From Armatimonadota bacterium (lineage in GTDB: Bacteria; Armatimonadota; UBA5829; DSUL01): 64,000 bases of DNA. The stretch lies in NCBI GenBank assembly GCA_039811685.1, contig JBDHZC010000002.1, positions 480,001 to 544,000 of the forward strand, in the 5' to 3' direction. Below, piece after piece: positions 9,075 through 18,661 of this stretch (the stretch's first letter is position 1; each line of letters starts with the position of its first letter). A program made the translations under genes and the position numbers. The notes beneath the pieces were generated by a model. It was not told where the DNA came from and ran no database searches. It was given only the letters and a program-made list of their open reading frames with translations.

Positions 9075-10429
9075 ATGATCTGCCCGTTGTAGAAGCTATT
9101 CGCAGAAAAGCGGCGTCGCTCCCCTTGCCGGACGGATGGCGAATAGTCAGAGCGCCGGGGCGTGTGAATCTCATCGGCGAGCACACGGACTACAATGGCC
9201 TGCCGGTGATGCCGATGGCGCTTGACCGCGCTATCTATGCCGCTTTCAGAGCGCTGGACGAACCGGTCGTACGGCTTGTGAATACGGATGAGTCCCTTCC
9301 CCCACGTGAGTTTGGCATCTCGCAGTTCATTGAGCCCTATGCGCCCGGAGACTGGGGAAACTACGCGAAGGCAGCGGTGCAGGCTCTGGCGAGCCATCAC
9401 AGCAGCGCGCAGCGGGGATTTGAGGCAGTGGTTGGCGGCGACATTCCCGGAGGCGCGGGCCTGTCATCTTCCTCAGCGATGGTGGTGGCTATGGCGCTGG
9501 CGTTTGCGGAAGTCAACGATCTGGATGTCCGCCGGGCGACCCTGGCAGACCTTCTGGCGGAGGGAGAACGCTATGTCGGGACTCAGGGCGGAGGGATGGA
9601 TCAGACGATCTGTCTGCTGGCTGAAGCAGGCACAGCTCTTCAGATAGAGTTCCTGCCAACCCGCATCTTTCCGCACAAACTGCCTGCCGGCACGAGCGTA
9701 GTCATCGCCAACAGTCTTGTGAAAGCGGAGAAATCCGCTGATGCGCGCGCCAACTACAATCTGCGCCCTGCTGAGTGCCGCATGGCCTGCGCCGTTCTCT
9801 CCAAAGCTCTCCAGCGCAGCATTGCCAACCTGGCAGAGTTTCTGGAGCTGTTCGGCCCGGACGGCGCTTTGTCCAACGCCTTTGAGATACTCGGACTGGC
9901 CCCCTGGCCAGCACAGCGCCTGGCCCGCGAGATGGACATGTCCATAGACATCCTGCAGAGGACGCTGCTGACTCAGCGGGACGGAAGCGCGCTTGAGGAG
10001 CCGCCCTCGGGCTTTGCGCTTGGCAGGCGCGTCCGGCATGTTCTCACGGAAGCTGTGCGCGTGCGCGAGGCGGCGCAGGCTCTGGACTCCTCAGACGCCG
10101 CAGAGGCAGGCCGCTTGATGGGCCAGTCTCACGTCTCTTGCCGGGACGACTATCAGATATCCTGTCCCGAACTGGATGCTCTGGTGGACATTCTGGAGGA
10201 AAGCGGCGCGCTCGGGGCGCGGTTGACCGGCGCGGGCTTTGGTGGATGCGCCGTCGCGCTCGCGCGCTCATCACAGCTTTCAGAGATTTTGAAACAGGTG
10301 AGTGAGCGCTACTACTCTGGATGGCTCAAGCGCAACAGGCCGGACATCTTCGAACGCCTTCCTGCCAGAGTTGAGCAGTATCTTTTCGCTTCCGCCTCCG
10401 TAGACGGCGCCACAATATCCGCAATGTGA
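9071..10429 (+). CDS. galK: Galactokinase / N-acetylgalactosamine kinase-like GHMP kinase
   Basis: APGRVNLIGEHTDY, GAGLSSS, GGGMDQ and GARLTGAGFGGC motifs. The TTG start overlaps the upstream TGA. Confidence 0.9.
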   Translation: MNDLPVVEAIRRKAASLPLPDGWRIVRAPGRVNLIGEHTDYNGLPVMPMALDRAIYAAFRALDEPVVRLVNTDESLPPREFGISQFIEPYAPGDWGNYAKAAVQALASHHSSAQRGFEAVVGGDIPGGAGLSSSSAMVVAMALAFAEVNDLDVRRATLADLLAEGERYVGTQGGGMDQTICLLAEAGTALQIEFLPTRIFPHKLPAGTSVVIANSLVKAEKSADARANYNLRPAECRMACAVLSKALQRSIANLAEFLELFGPDGALSNAFEILGLAPWPAQRLAREMDMSIDILQRTLLTQRDGSALEEPPSGFALGRRVRHVLTEAVRVREAAQALDSSDAAEAGRLMGQSHVSCRDDYQISCPELDALVDILEESGALGARLTGAGFGGCAVALARSSQLSEILKQVSERYYSGWLKRNRPDIFERLPARVEQYLFASASVDGATISAM

Positions 10430-10468
10430 GAGAACGGTTAATGGACGCAGCGCCCGGAGCGATTGAGG

Positions 10469-13400
10469 CTACGGCCGGGCTTCTGCGTTCGTGTGCGCAG
10501 GAGCGAGAAGTTGCGCGATCGCCTGCCCCGCAGCGCCCGACTGGTCTTTAGGCGCAAGAGTGATCAATGAGAAGCTCAAAGCGGCTTCGGCTGGCAGGAT
10601 GAGAGTGTCCGTTGTGCTCTGCAACGAGCGACGCGCCAACGCCTGCCACTTCCCATCCTTCACCTGCCCTGCCCACGCTTCCGGGGAGTCCCCTGCAAAG
10701 CGATGAATGCTCACATCAGAGGTTCCCAGTGGGCTGATGGCAATCTGCTGGCTTTCAGTGAGCGGCCTGCCGTCCAGACTCACGTAGGCGCATGCGGCAG
10801 CGCAATTCGCCCACGCAGCGCCCTTCAGATCAATCGGGCCGGGCGCGATCAGGCTCACTACCGCATTTGACTTCTCGACCACGACCGCTTTCCCGCCCTC
10901 TCCCAGCGACAGCCTTGTGCCCCCGTCCAGCGTCACCTTCTGCGGTTTTCCGGTGCGGTTGTTCACAAATACATATCTATCCCCGTCGCCTGCGCCTGGC
11001 ACACTCATGACGATCAGACCGTTATCAGCGGGCTGGACGTCAAAGCGTTGAATCCCGGCCGCCTTTACCAGATTTGCGTAGATATCAAAAGGTGGATGGT
11101 CGATCTCCCATGCATACGGTGTAAAGAACGCCTGACCGGCGCCGGCGCTATAGTGCCACAGTTGCGCACTGCCGAGTTCACTGGCTCCTGCGGGCTTCAC
11201 CTGAATGGATGGCTTGAGGCCGTGATCATCCTTTTGCGCCTGCAGAGGTTCCTGAATCTGTGAGACAAACTCTACGCCAAAGAGGTTCTTCAGACGCTCG
11301 GGGTGAGAGCGTTTGCGGGACTCATCAAAGCTGACATCTCCGGAGGCGTACACAATGCCGCCGCGCTCAGCGAAGCCCTTCAGACGTGAATAACTCTCCT
11401 CAGACAGGCAGAACGCAGCCGGTAGAACCAGCAGCTTTGCGGAGTCAGGAAGATGAGAGAGTGAGCCGTCGTTGATCACTCCGAATGGGATGCGCTGAGC
11501 AATCATCGCGTCAATAGCGTTGTAAAGCGCGCCTGTCGCAACTTCCTGCCGCAAACCTATACGCACCTCATCGGGCGCAACGACAAACGCCTCCGGGCTT
11601 TCATAGCGCGGGACAAACCCCGCGCCTGCAAGAGCAAACGCCCGAAAAGCCCGCAGCGTGTCACGCGGAACTTCGTCATTCGGAGAGTTGATGCCCCACG
11701 GGAAAACATTGTCTGGCATCTCCTTCCAGCACCAGTTGAGCGCAAACATCCCGCCCAAACCCATTATGCTGGCCGGAGCTTCCAGATACCAGTCTGCATC
11801 TGGTGACTCCAGAGTCTGTCCCGCAATGCGCGCGTTGTGATCCGCGAGGCTGCCAAACTCTCCCAGTGACAGCCCCTTGCCCTCAAAGCGCCTGTCTATG
11901 ACCTTGATTTCGTGCGCCAGCGCGCTCTTGTCCCCGTAGTAGTGCTTGTCAGAGAAGTCAACGTGCTGATTTCCCAGCAGTTGATCCGCTGCTCGCATGG
12001 ACTGCAGAAAGCCCACCGTTGCCAGTGCCGTAGTTTCAGCTTTAATGCCGCTGACGTTGGCCTCCATCCAGCGGTTGAACAACCAGACGCGGAACCTGTC
12101 CAGGTCCACCAACCGCACGTTCTGCCACTCCTGCGCCCCGGGATCCAGCGACACGCTTCCGAGCTTCTCACCTCTCAGATAGGGACCCCACGCTGAGGCC
12201 AGTGCCGTCTGCGTCCTGTATTTCTGTGTCAGGTAGCGGTTCCAGAGTTGCGTATCCGGCTGCTGGCGCTGAAGCTCTATGTGCGGTTCATTTTGCACGT
12301 CAAACATGACGTTGGGGCAGTCTTTGTAGCGGCCGGCGACGAGCCTCGCAAACTTCTCCTGCGCCTGCAACTCCTCATCTGTCAGACTGATGTCCATCCA
12401 GTCGTGCAACGTCAACAGCAGCGCCAGATTGTGTCGAGAGCAAAGCTGCACGAGCGCATCCAGCTTGCGCTGCGTTTCTTTCGGCAGTTTGGCAGACGGC
12501 AGATCCAGCGGACCGGCCGCCCGTTTGCCAGTTTCCTGCACGGCAAAAGGGCTGAAGTGCAACACGCGCACAATTTTCAGCCCGTGCGCTCGCATAGACT
12601 CCAGATCAGCATCCCAGACCAGCGGGTCCTCAAAGGCAGACGTGAAAATGGCGCCGGTCTGATTCGTCCCCACCCAGAAACCTGTGCGCCCACCAAAGCT
12701 GAGATAATTGTCCTTCATTGCCAGCGAAGGCCCCGACCGCCGCAGGGCCGGATCGTCCACGCAGAAGCCGGTTTCCATCGAGTCGTCGTGATCCTCAGTT
12801 GAAAGCTCGCAGATAACGCGGTAAAAGTTGTTGGACGATGTCGAAGGCAGATCCCAGACCTGTTGAACTCGCTCGTCGAAGCCAGGCGGCACTTCCTTTT
12901 CAACAGGATCCAGACTGGACACCGGAATCCCATCCCGCGTTACGATTTTGAACTGCACGCTCACCTGGACAGGCGCTTTTGTAAAGTTGGAACACACCAC
13001 GGACAGTGTCACAGGCTCAGAGGCCTGGTACAAAAACAGGTCTGTCTTGAGAGAGTGAAGATAGACCTTGTCGATAAGGCGGTCCACAATGTCCGCGAAG
13101 TCCACAGACAGTGCCCCCGCGCGAGAAAACAGGTCTGCATTGGTCACTCCGAAAGCTGCCCAACTTGACTGCTTCCACGGCCCCGCATAGTTGTGAACGA
13201 TCTCCCCCAGCGCCCCGGTCCTTCGCCCGCTTGCGTCGTACCCCATCAGCAAAGGCACGCGCCGCGCATAGTCCTGCGGGAACACCGGGTCGTTTGACCC
13301 GAGCAGTGCAGACGCCGCCCAGCCTTCAAACGGACCATCAATGCGTACGTCCGGAATGAAGGACACGGCGGACTGGGCATAGGCCGTATTCTTCAGCGGA

Positions 13401-14533
13401 TTCATCGGGTCGAACAGCGGTATCTGGCCGGGCGAGGGCCCCTGACCATCTCCAGGGATACCGAAGCGATGGTTCAGCCCCGAGGCGACTTCGTTTCTGT
13501 CCACCTGTTCCACTGTGAGAGCCTGCTGCGCTGTCTGCCACGCGTCCCCGGCGCGGATGCTCGGCTTGTCGAAGGCGTAACCGCCCGTTGAAAACAGACT
13601 GCCACCCGCCGCAAGAAAAGCCTGGATAGCCTTACCTGCCCGCAACGGATAGTACGGCGACTGAGGCAATACGAGAAGATCGAAGTTGTTCGGAGAAAGA
13701 TAGCCCGGGCTCTCCAGCGCAGAGGCCGACAGCAGCGTCACGCCGTACCCAGCCCGGCGTGCCAGATCCGCAAGGTAGTCAGAGTCAGCGGCTGAAGGAG
13801 AGCCGGAGTTCTCCTCCTCGACGCGGTCCGGACGATCCGGAATCTCCGGCGCCACGCCTGTGCCCTTGTCCTGTCGTCGCTTGACGAAGTTCTCCGCAAG
13901 GATAGCAATCCTTCCACGCTCTCCTGCCTCCGGAGGCGGAGGTGGCAGTACAGCGGGAGTCGCTCCCGGCGTTTCACCAGACAGAGCGAACCGGATGTCT
14001 GTAAAGCTGATGTCCATATCCGCAAAGTCGCAGCCAATCAACATTTTGGTGACGCCAGCCATGTTGCGCTTGCCATCACCGCCAGGTTCGTAGCGAAACT
14101 GCCCGGCTGGAGCCTCGGCGTTCTGCCACCCGTCTGAGGCTTCGCCCAGAGGCTTGCCGTCTATCAGCACCTGCTGAACCCAGCGGTCACCATCAGGCTC
14201 TACCAGCCAGATGAAGAGTTGCGCGGCTTTGCCCGCGGAGTGTTTGTAAAATCGCAGGCTCACGGCGCGGGTTGTTGCGGGAATTGTAACGTCGCGCTCA
14301 AGAGTCCCCCAGTGCGGCGGGGCGTCGCGGTACACAACACGCATAGCGGGAGACCCTGTTATCTGAATAGAGCTTTCCGGCGCTACTGTCGGTGCGTTTC
14401 CGCTACCGGCGCCAGTTTTCCACTGGTCAACGGCCAGCGCAAGATTTTCAGTGGGAGTGGGCGATGCGCCCCAGACAGCTCCGCTGGTGAAGAGCAGAAC
14501 AAGGGCGGCTGCGCCTATGGTCTGAATCCTCAA
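10469..14533 (-). CDS. Large secreted multidomain glycoside hydrolase (clan GH-A; N-terminal CBM-like domain, GH42-type trimerisation-like domain)
   Basis: TTG start after GAGGGGAGG, signal peptide, DVQNEP (acid/base) and LGEFG (nucleophile) motifs, and a KLLVLPAAFCLS..L..FAERGG GATase-like segment. Confidence 0.75.
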   Translation of the reverse strand: MRIQTIGAAALVLLFTSGAVWGASPTPTENLALAVDQWKTGAGSGNAPTVAPESSIQITGSPAMRVVYRDAPPHWGTLERDVTIPATTRAVSLRFYKHSAGKAAQLFIWLVEPDGDRWVQQVLIDGKPLGEASDGWQNAEAPAGQFRYEPGGDGKRNMAGVTKMLIGCDFADMDISFTDIRFALSGETPGATPAVLPPPPPEAGERGRIAILAENFVKRRQDKGTGVAPEIPDRPDRVEEENSGSPSAADSDYLADLARRAGYGVTLLSASALESPGYLSPNNFDLLVLPQSPYYPLRAGKAIQAFLAAGGSLFSTGGYAFDKPSIRAGDAWQTAQQALTVEQVDRNEVASGLNHRFGIPGDGQGPSPGQIPLFDPMNPLKNTAYAQSAVSFIPDVRIDGPFEGWAASALLGSNDPVFPQDYARRVPLLMGYDASGRRTGALGEIVHNYAGPWKQSSWAAFGVTNADLFSRAGALSVDFADIVDRLIDKVYLHSLKTDLFLYQASEPVTLSVVCSNFTKAPVQVSVQFKIVTRDGIPVSSLDPVEKEVPPGFDERVQQVWDLPSTSSNNFYRVICELSTEDHDDSMETGFCVDDPALRRSGPSLAMKDNYLSFGGRTGFWVGTNQTGAIFTSAFEDPLVWDADLESMRAHGLKIVRVLHFSPFAVQETGKRAAGPLDLPSAKLPKETQRKLDALVQLCSRHNLALLLTLHDWMDISLTDEELQAQEKFARLVAGRYKDCPNVMFDVQNEPHIELQRQQPDTQLWNRYLTQKYRTQTALASAWGPYLRGEKLGSVSLDPGAQEWQNVRLVDLDRFRVWLFNRWMEANVSGIKAETTALATVGFLQSMRAADQLLGNQHVDFSDKHYYGDKSALAHEIKVIDRRFEGKGLSLGEFGSLADHNARIAGQTLESPDADWYLEAPASIMGLGGMFALNWCWKEMPDNVFPWGINSPNDEVPRDTLRAFRAFALAGAGFVPRYESPEAFVVAPDEVRIGLRQEVATGALYNAIDAMIAQRIPFGVINDGSLSHLPDSAKLLVLPAAFCLSEESYSRLKGFAERGGIVYASGDVSFDESRKRSHPERLKNLFGVEFVSQIQEPLQAQKDDHGLKPSIQVKPAGASELGSAQLWHYSAGAGQAFFTPYAWEIDHPPFDIYANLVKAAGIQRFDVQPADNGLIVMSVPGAGDGDRYVFVNNRTGKPQKVTLDGGTRLSLGEGGKAVVVEKSNAVVSLIAPGPIDLKGAAWANCAAACAYVSLDGRPLTESQQIAISPLGTSDVSIHRFAGDSPEAWAGQVKDGKWQALARRSLQSTTDTLILPAEAALSFSLITLAPKDQSGAAGQAIAQLLAPAHTNAEARP

Positions 14534-14876
14534 CTTTGTCCTCCCCTCGATTTTTCCTGATGCAACTGCGACTGGTAGAGCTGAAGGCTTCTGGTACACC
14601 TATTGTAGCTGGTAACAGACGGCTCTGCTAAGCCCCCGCTCATCCATCCGCAGCCGCCCGCAGGAGGCACGATGCGAGAGCTTCACACAGCTTTTCTCAA
14701 ACTGCCTGCTTCGGGCGATTTCCGCTTGTAAACTCCTGCCAGACCTGAAACCAGATGCCTGTGAAATGCTGGATATTCCAACAAAATGGGTAACTAGTAA
14801 CTGGGACAAGACAGGTCCGGCCTCGCCCGGCTGCAAAGCCGGCAGGGCAATATCGACTGTGTGAGGAGTGACTCCT

Positions 14877-15446
14877 ATGGCAGATACAAAAACCAACGTG
14901 CCCGCACATCGGGAGCGGGACCTTGACATTTTCCAGGAAGACGACTTCTTCCCGATAGGTTCGCTCTTTGGCGGATCGCCGTGGCAAAGCCTCCGGCGCA
15001 TCCACGACGAAATGGATGCCGTTTTTGGGCGCTTGCTCGGATCTGGCTTCCGGGGACCAACGATCCAGGCATGGGAGCCGTCAACCGACATAAGTGAAGA
15101 CAAAAGCGGCTGGCGTATCGAAGTGGACCTACCCGGCGTCAAGAAGGACGACATTGACGTCCATGTAGATCAGCGCCAGCTCAGCATTCGCGCCGAAATG
15201 CGCCAGGAGACTGAGACTGGGGACAAAAAGGACGACGAACACGGACGTCAATACCATCGTCGCGAGCGCCGGTACGGTCATTTTGAGCGCACGATGACGC
15301 TGCCGGACAACGTCAAAGAAGAAGACATCAAGTGCGACTTCAAAGACGGAGTTCTGAGTGTTTGCATCCCGAAGGCCCAGACGCAGGAGCCAGGCGGACG
15401 CAAGATTCCCGTGTCATCAGAGCCATCCACCAACGGGCACAATTAA
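14877..15446 (+). CDS. Small heat shock protein Hsp20/alpha-crystallin
   Basis: PSTDISE, VDLPGVKKDDI, ERRYGHFER..TLP and FKDGVLSVCIPK motifs, with an AGGAG RBS. Confidence 0.95.
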   Translation: MADTKTNVPAHRERDLDIFQEDDFFPIGSLFGGSPWQSLRRIHDEMDAVFGRLLGSGFRGPTIQAWEPSTDISEDKSGWRIEVDLPGVKKDDIDVHVDQRQLSIRAEMRQETETGDKKDDEHGRQYHRRERRYGHFERTMTLPDNVKEEDIKCDFKDGVLSVCIPKAQTQEPGGRKIPVSSEPSTNGHN

Positions 15447-15497
15447 CAGATAGAGACGTGAGTCGCCGTTAGAGTTCCGGCTACTCTGGACACGCTT

Positions 15498-15530
15498 CAG
15501 CCTCGGAGCCCCCAACCGGTTCCGGGGCTG
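15498..15530 (+). terminator. Probable intrinsic terminator after hsp20
   Basis: CAGCCTCGGAGCC-loop-GGTTCCGGGGCTG 13-bp stem (with G-U pairs) followed by ATTTCATT. Confidence 0.65.
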
Positions 15531-15561
15531 ATTTCATTGTACTGTTTTTTCACACTACACA

Positions 15562-15603
15562 TTGGCATAAGTCAAGGAAACACACCCGCAAACGCCCTAT
15601 AAT
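15562..15603 (+). promoter_or_regulatory. Class II CRP/FNR-type activated promoter
   Basis: TTGGC-ATAA-GTCAA near-palindrome at 15562-15575 and TATAAT at 15598-15603. The box centre falls at about -41.5. Confidence 0.6.
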
Positions 15604-15645
15604 TGAAACAGAGAAGGCAGCCGCGCCTTCTGCGGGAGCAAAACT

Positions 15646-16425
15646 ATGTCTGGAAACTCGACCACCGTACGAAAAGTCATCAGAATTGACGAAGAGCTTT
15701 GCGACGGCTGTGGACTGTGTATTCCCAACTGTGTCGAGGGCGCTCTGGAGATTGTGGACGGCAAGGCGAAGCTGGTATCTGACCGGTACTGTGACGGACT
15801 GGGAGCCTGCCTTGGCTACTGTCCGCAGGGGGCTATCACTATTGAAGAGCGTCCAGCAGAAGCCTTTGACGAAGAAGCTGTCGCGGTGCGAAACGCGATC
15901 AAGCAACGGCTCGAGATGCTGGAGAAAAGTCCGGCGTTGATGCCGCACTCTGGCGCGTGTCCCGGCTCCCGGATGGTGGATTTCACACACAGGCAACGCC
16001 AGCAACCGGCTGATGCGGCAACTGACACGCCGCAGCCAAGTGAGCTTCGTCAGTGGCCCGTGAAGCTCAAACTGGTCAACCCAGCCGCCCCCTACTTTGA
16101 AAACGCCGATCTCTTGATTGCAGCCGATTGTACCGCTTTTGCCAGTGGCTCTTTTCATCGCGACTTTCTGAAGGACCGCGCTGTGGTCATCTCCTGTCCC
16201 AAGTTCGAAGACCCCGCGCCGCAGTACCAGAAACTGGCGGAGATCTGCGCCATGAATACCCTGCGCTCAATAACTGTTCTGATTATGGAGGTGCCATGCT
16301 GCTTCGGACTGGCCTCTATGGCACGGCAGGCCGTAGAAGCCTCCGGCAAGCAGACACCGCTGGAAGTGAAGGTTGTCGGAATACAGGGAGACGCGCAGGG
16401 CGATCAGGCTGTCCGGGGATTCTGA
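15646..16425 (+). CDS. 4Fe-4S dicluster ferredoxin-domain protein (hcp-associated type)
   Basis: CDGCGLCIPNC and CDGLGACLGYCP motifs, plus C-terminal SELRQWPV, AADC, CPK and MEVPCC. Confidence 0.88.
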   Translation: MSGNSTTVRKVIRIDEELCDGCGLCIPNCVEGALEIVDGKAKLVSDRYCDGLGACLGYCPQGAITIEERPAEAFDEEAVAVRNAIKQRLEMLEKSPALMPHSGACPGSRMVDFTHRQRQQPADAATDTPQPSELRQWPVKLKLVNPAAPYFENADLLIAADCTAFASGSFHRDFLKDRAVVISCPKFEDPAPQYQKLAEICAMNTLRSITVLIMEVPCCFGLASMARQAVEASGKQTPLEVKVVGIQGDAQGDQAVRGF

Positions 16426-16436
16426 GTCGCCAGGTC

Positions 16437-17528
16437 TCAGCTCAGGTCCTTTGCCGCGTCCAGTTGTTTGAGATCGGAATGGGGTGAGCGCGTTGCGCTG
16501 TCGCGGAGGACCTTCTCCGCAGCTTCAATCACCTCCTCAGGCTGCAACAGCTCCAGACACTTACGCCCAACAGAGCACTCTGTCTGGAAGCAGGGGTGAC
16601 ACGGGACAGGGTGCGACAGAGCGATGCTCCCTGGGCCCTGAGGCCCTGTGAACTTCGGATCACTCGGCCCGTACAGCCCGACGGCAGGCGTCCCAACCGC
16701 GCCAGCGACATGCAAAGCGCCGGAGTCCACCCCGATGAACAGGTCTGCTCGCGCCAGGAGCGCCGCCAGGTCTTTCAGAGATGTTCTGGTGGTGAAGTCC
16801 AGCACCGGCCCGTGCGTATGCTGCAGAATCGGATCCGCAGACACCGTACCGACTATGGCTACCGCCGTGTCAGGTAGTGCGCTGAAATGATCCGCAACAG
16901 CCGCAAATCCCTGATCCGTCCACTCTTTGATGCTGCGCTTCGGACTGGCTCCGGGCCCCAGGACCACCAGGCGCTTGCTGTGAGGGACACCCATGTCCGC
17001 AAGAGTAGCCTCCATGCGGCCCATTTCTCCAAGTGGCGCCTTCAGGAGTCCCACATAGTCCGTACGGGCTGGCTTGATGCCCACGGCTTCCAGAAGGCGC
17101 AGATTGTTCGCAGTGGAGGGTGGTCCGATCTTCACTACCCGGTCAGTAAGCAGCCAACCCAGCTTTGTACGAGTGAAACCAATTCGCCGCGGTGAACCTG
17201 ACAGCCGCGCCAGCAGACACGGCTCCAGAGACTGCGACATAACAAAGCTGAGTTGAGGCTCGCGCTTCTTGAGAGCCCGCGCCAGCGCCAGGCGCCTGCG
17301 CCAACTCGCATGCCTGTCCCGCGCCAGATATTCCTCCGACAGTCCCGCCATCTCCCAGACCGGAATCATCTCTGGACGCACAACGCTGAGAATGCGCGCT
17401 CTGGGAAAGTGGCGCCGCAGCGATGCGAGCAGGGGCAAACTGAAAACGACGTCTCCGAGATGATTGAGGTGAAAGACCTGAATCCGGCGCACCTCAGAGG
17501 GATCTATGTGCAGCGGGCGCGCTTTCAC
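16437..17528 (-). CDS. GT9 LPS heptosyltransferase-like
   Basis: NHLGDVV and FIGVDSGALHVAGAVGTP.VGLYGP motifs. Confidence 0.9.
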   Translation of the reverse strand: MKARPLHIDPSEVRRIQVFHLNHLGDVVFSLPLLASLRRHFPRARILSVVRPEMIPVWEMAGLSEEYLARDRHASWRRRLALARALKKREPQLSFVMSQSLEPCLLARLSGSPRRIGFTRTKLGWLLTDRVVKIGPPSTANNLRLLEAVGIKPARTDYVGLLKAPLGEMGRMEATLADMGVPHSKRLVVLGPGASPKRSIKEWTDQGFAAVADHFSALPDTAVAIVGTVSADPILQHTHGPVLDFTTRTSLKDLAALLARADLFIGVDSGALHVAGAVGTPAVGLYGPSDPKFTGPQGPGSIALSHPVPCHPCFQTECSVGRKCLELLQPEEVIEAAEKVLRDSATRSPHSDLKQLDAAKDLS

Positions 17529-18661
17529 TTTGCGGTCTGCAGCTCCAAACGATTTCGCAGCGGACGCTCCTCCAGTAACTTGGCGAGCTCCATAAAGACC
17601 TCATCAGCCTGAATATCCTCCATAGTCGCCACGTCCGAGCGACCAGCGCCAGCATGGCGATCTATCACGCGGTGAATATCCCCGTACGGCCCGGTACGCG
17701 CTGCGGTTGAGGCCGCGAACACACCTACGACAGGCGTGCCCAGGGCTGCGGCCAGATGCATCGGCCCAGTATCACCGCCCACAAACGCATCGACCTGCTC
17801 CACCAGCGCTGCCAGGGTGAACAGCGTCGTCGGCCTACACAGAACCGCAGCGCCGTTTGAAAGCGCGACAGCCTGCTGCGCTATCTCTCGCTCTGCGTCA
17901 TTGCCCCACGTAAAGATAGAGACTGCATCGAGCTGAGATCGCGCCATCTCGGCCACCAGGCTGAAGCGCTCCGCCGGCCACCGCCTGTCCGCTTTGCTGG
18001 AGCCCACATTCATGACCACGACCGGACTGCTGCGTTGAATCTCGCTGAGATACTGACGCATGTGCTTCCGCGCTTCAGCAGGCGGCTCAATGGGGAAGCG
18101 GGCGCGCTCCGGCTGCACGCCAACGGCCGCCAGCATGCTCATCCAGCGATCTACGACGTGTCCGCTGCGCGGCATAGCCATCCAGTGATTGGTAAACACC
18201 CAGTTCAGCTCTTCCGCATCCCACATCCGCCAGCCGACCCGATACTTTGCTCCCGAGACGGTCAGTGCCAGGCCGGATTTGAGGCGGTCCTGCACAGCCA
18301 GGGCCACATCGTAGCGCCGGGCCTGCAGCTCCGGGCGTACCAGAGCCAACTGGCGCAGAAACTCCTGGCGCTTCGAGGCGTTCAGCATCCCTGCTCCGGG
18401 AAAGCGTGGGAAGGTGAATACCCTGCTCACTCCACGGCACATTTCCACAACCGCGCGCGACTTGGGCTCAACCACCCAGTCCACTTCCGTGCCTGGAAGA
18501 TGTCTGTTGAGAGCCTCCACCAGCGGAGTCGTAAGAACAGTATCACCGATGGCGGAAAGGCGAACGATGAGTACGCGCTGTGGGTTGCGGCAGACCAGAG
18601 CGGACCTCAAGCTTCCTCCTCTGGCGGGCGCTTTCGCCACCTGTCGTGAAACCAGAGCCAC
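17525..18661 (-). CDS. GT9 LPS heptosyltransferase-like (WaaC/WaaF type)
   Basis: VLIVRLSAIGDTV and FVGGDTGPMHLAAALGTP motifs. Confidence 0.9.
   Translation of the reverse strand: MALVSRQVAKAPARGGSLRSALVCRNPQRVLIVRLSAIGDTVLTTPLVEALNRHLPGTEVDWVVEPKSRAVVEMCRGVSRVFTFPRFPGAGMLNASKRQEFLRQLALVRPELQARRYDVALAVQDRLKSGLALTVSGAKYRVGWRMWDAEELNWVFTNHWMAMPRSGHVVDRWMSMLAAVGVQPERARFPIEPPAEARKHMRQYLSEIQRSSPVVVMNVGSSKADRRWPAERFSLVAEMARSQLDAVSIFTWGNDAEREIAQQAVALSNGAAVLCRPTTLFTLAALVEQVDAFVGGDTGPMHLAAALGTPVVGVFAASTAARTGPYGDIHRVIDRHAGAGRSDVATMEDIQADEVFMELAKLLEERPLRNRLELQTAK

Noticed and set aside
14600..14876. CIRCE/HrcA operator upstream of hsp20
   Set aside because: No TTAGCACTC-N9-GAGTGCTAA match was seen.
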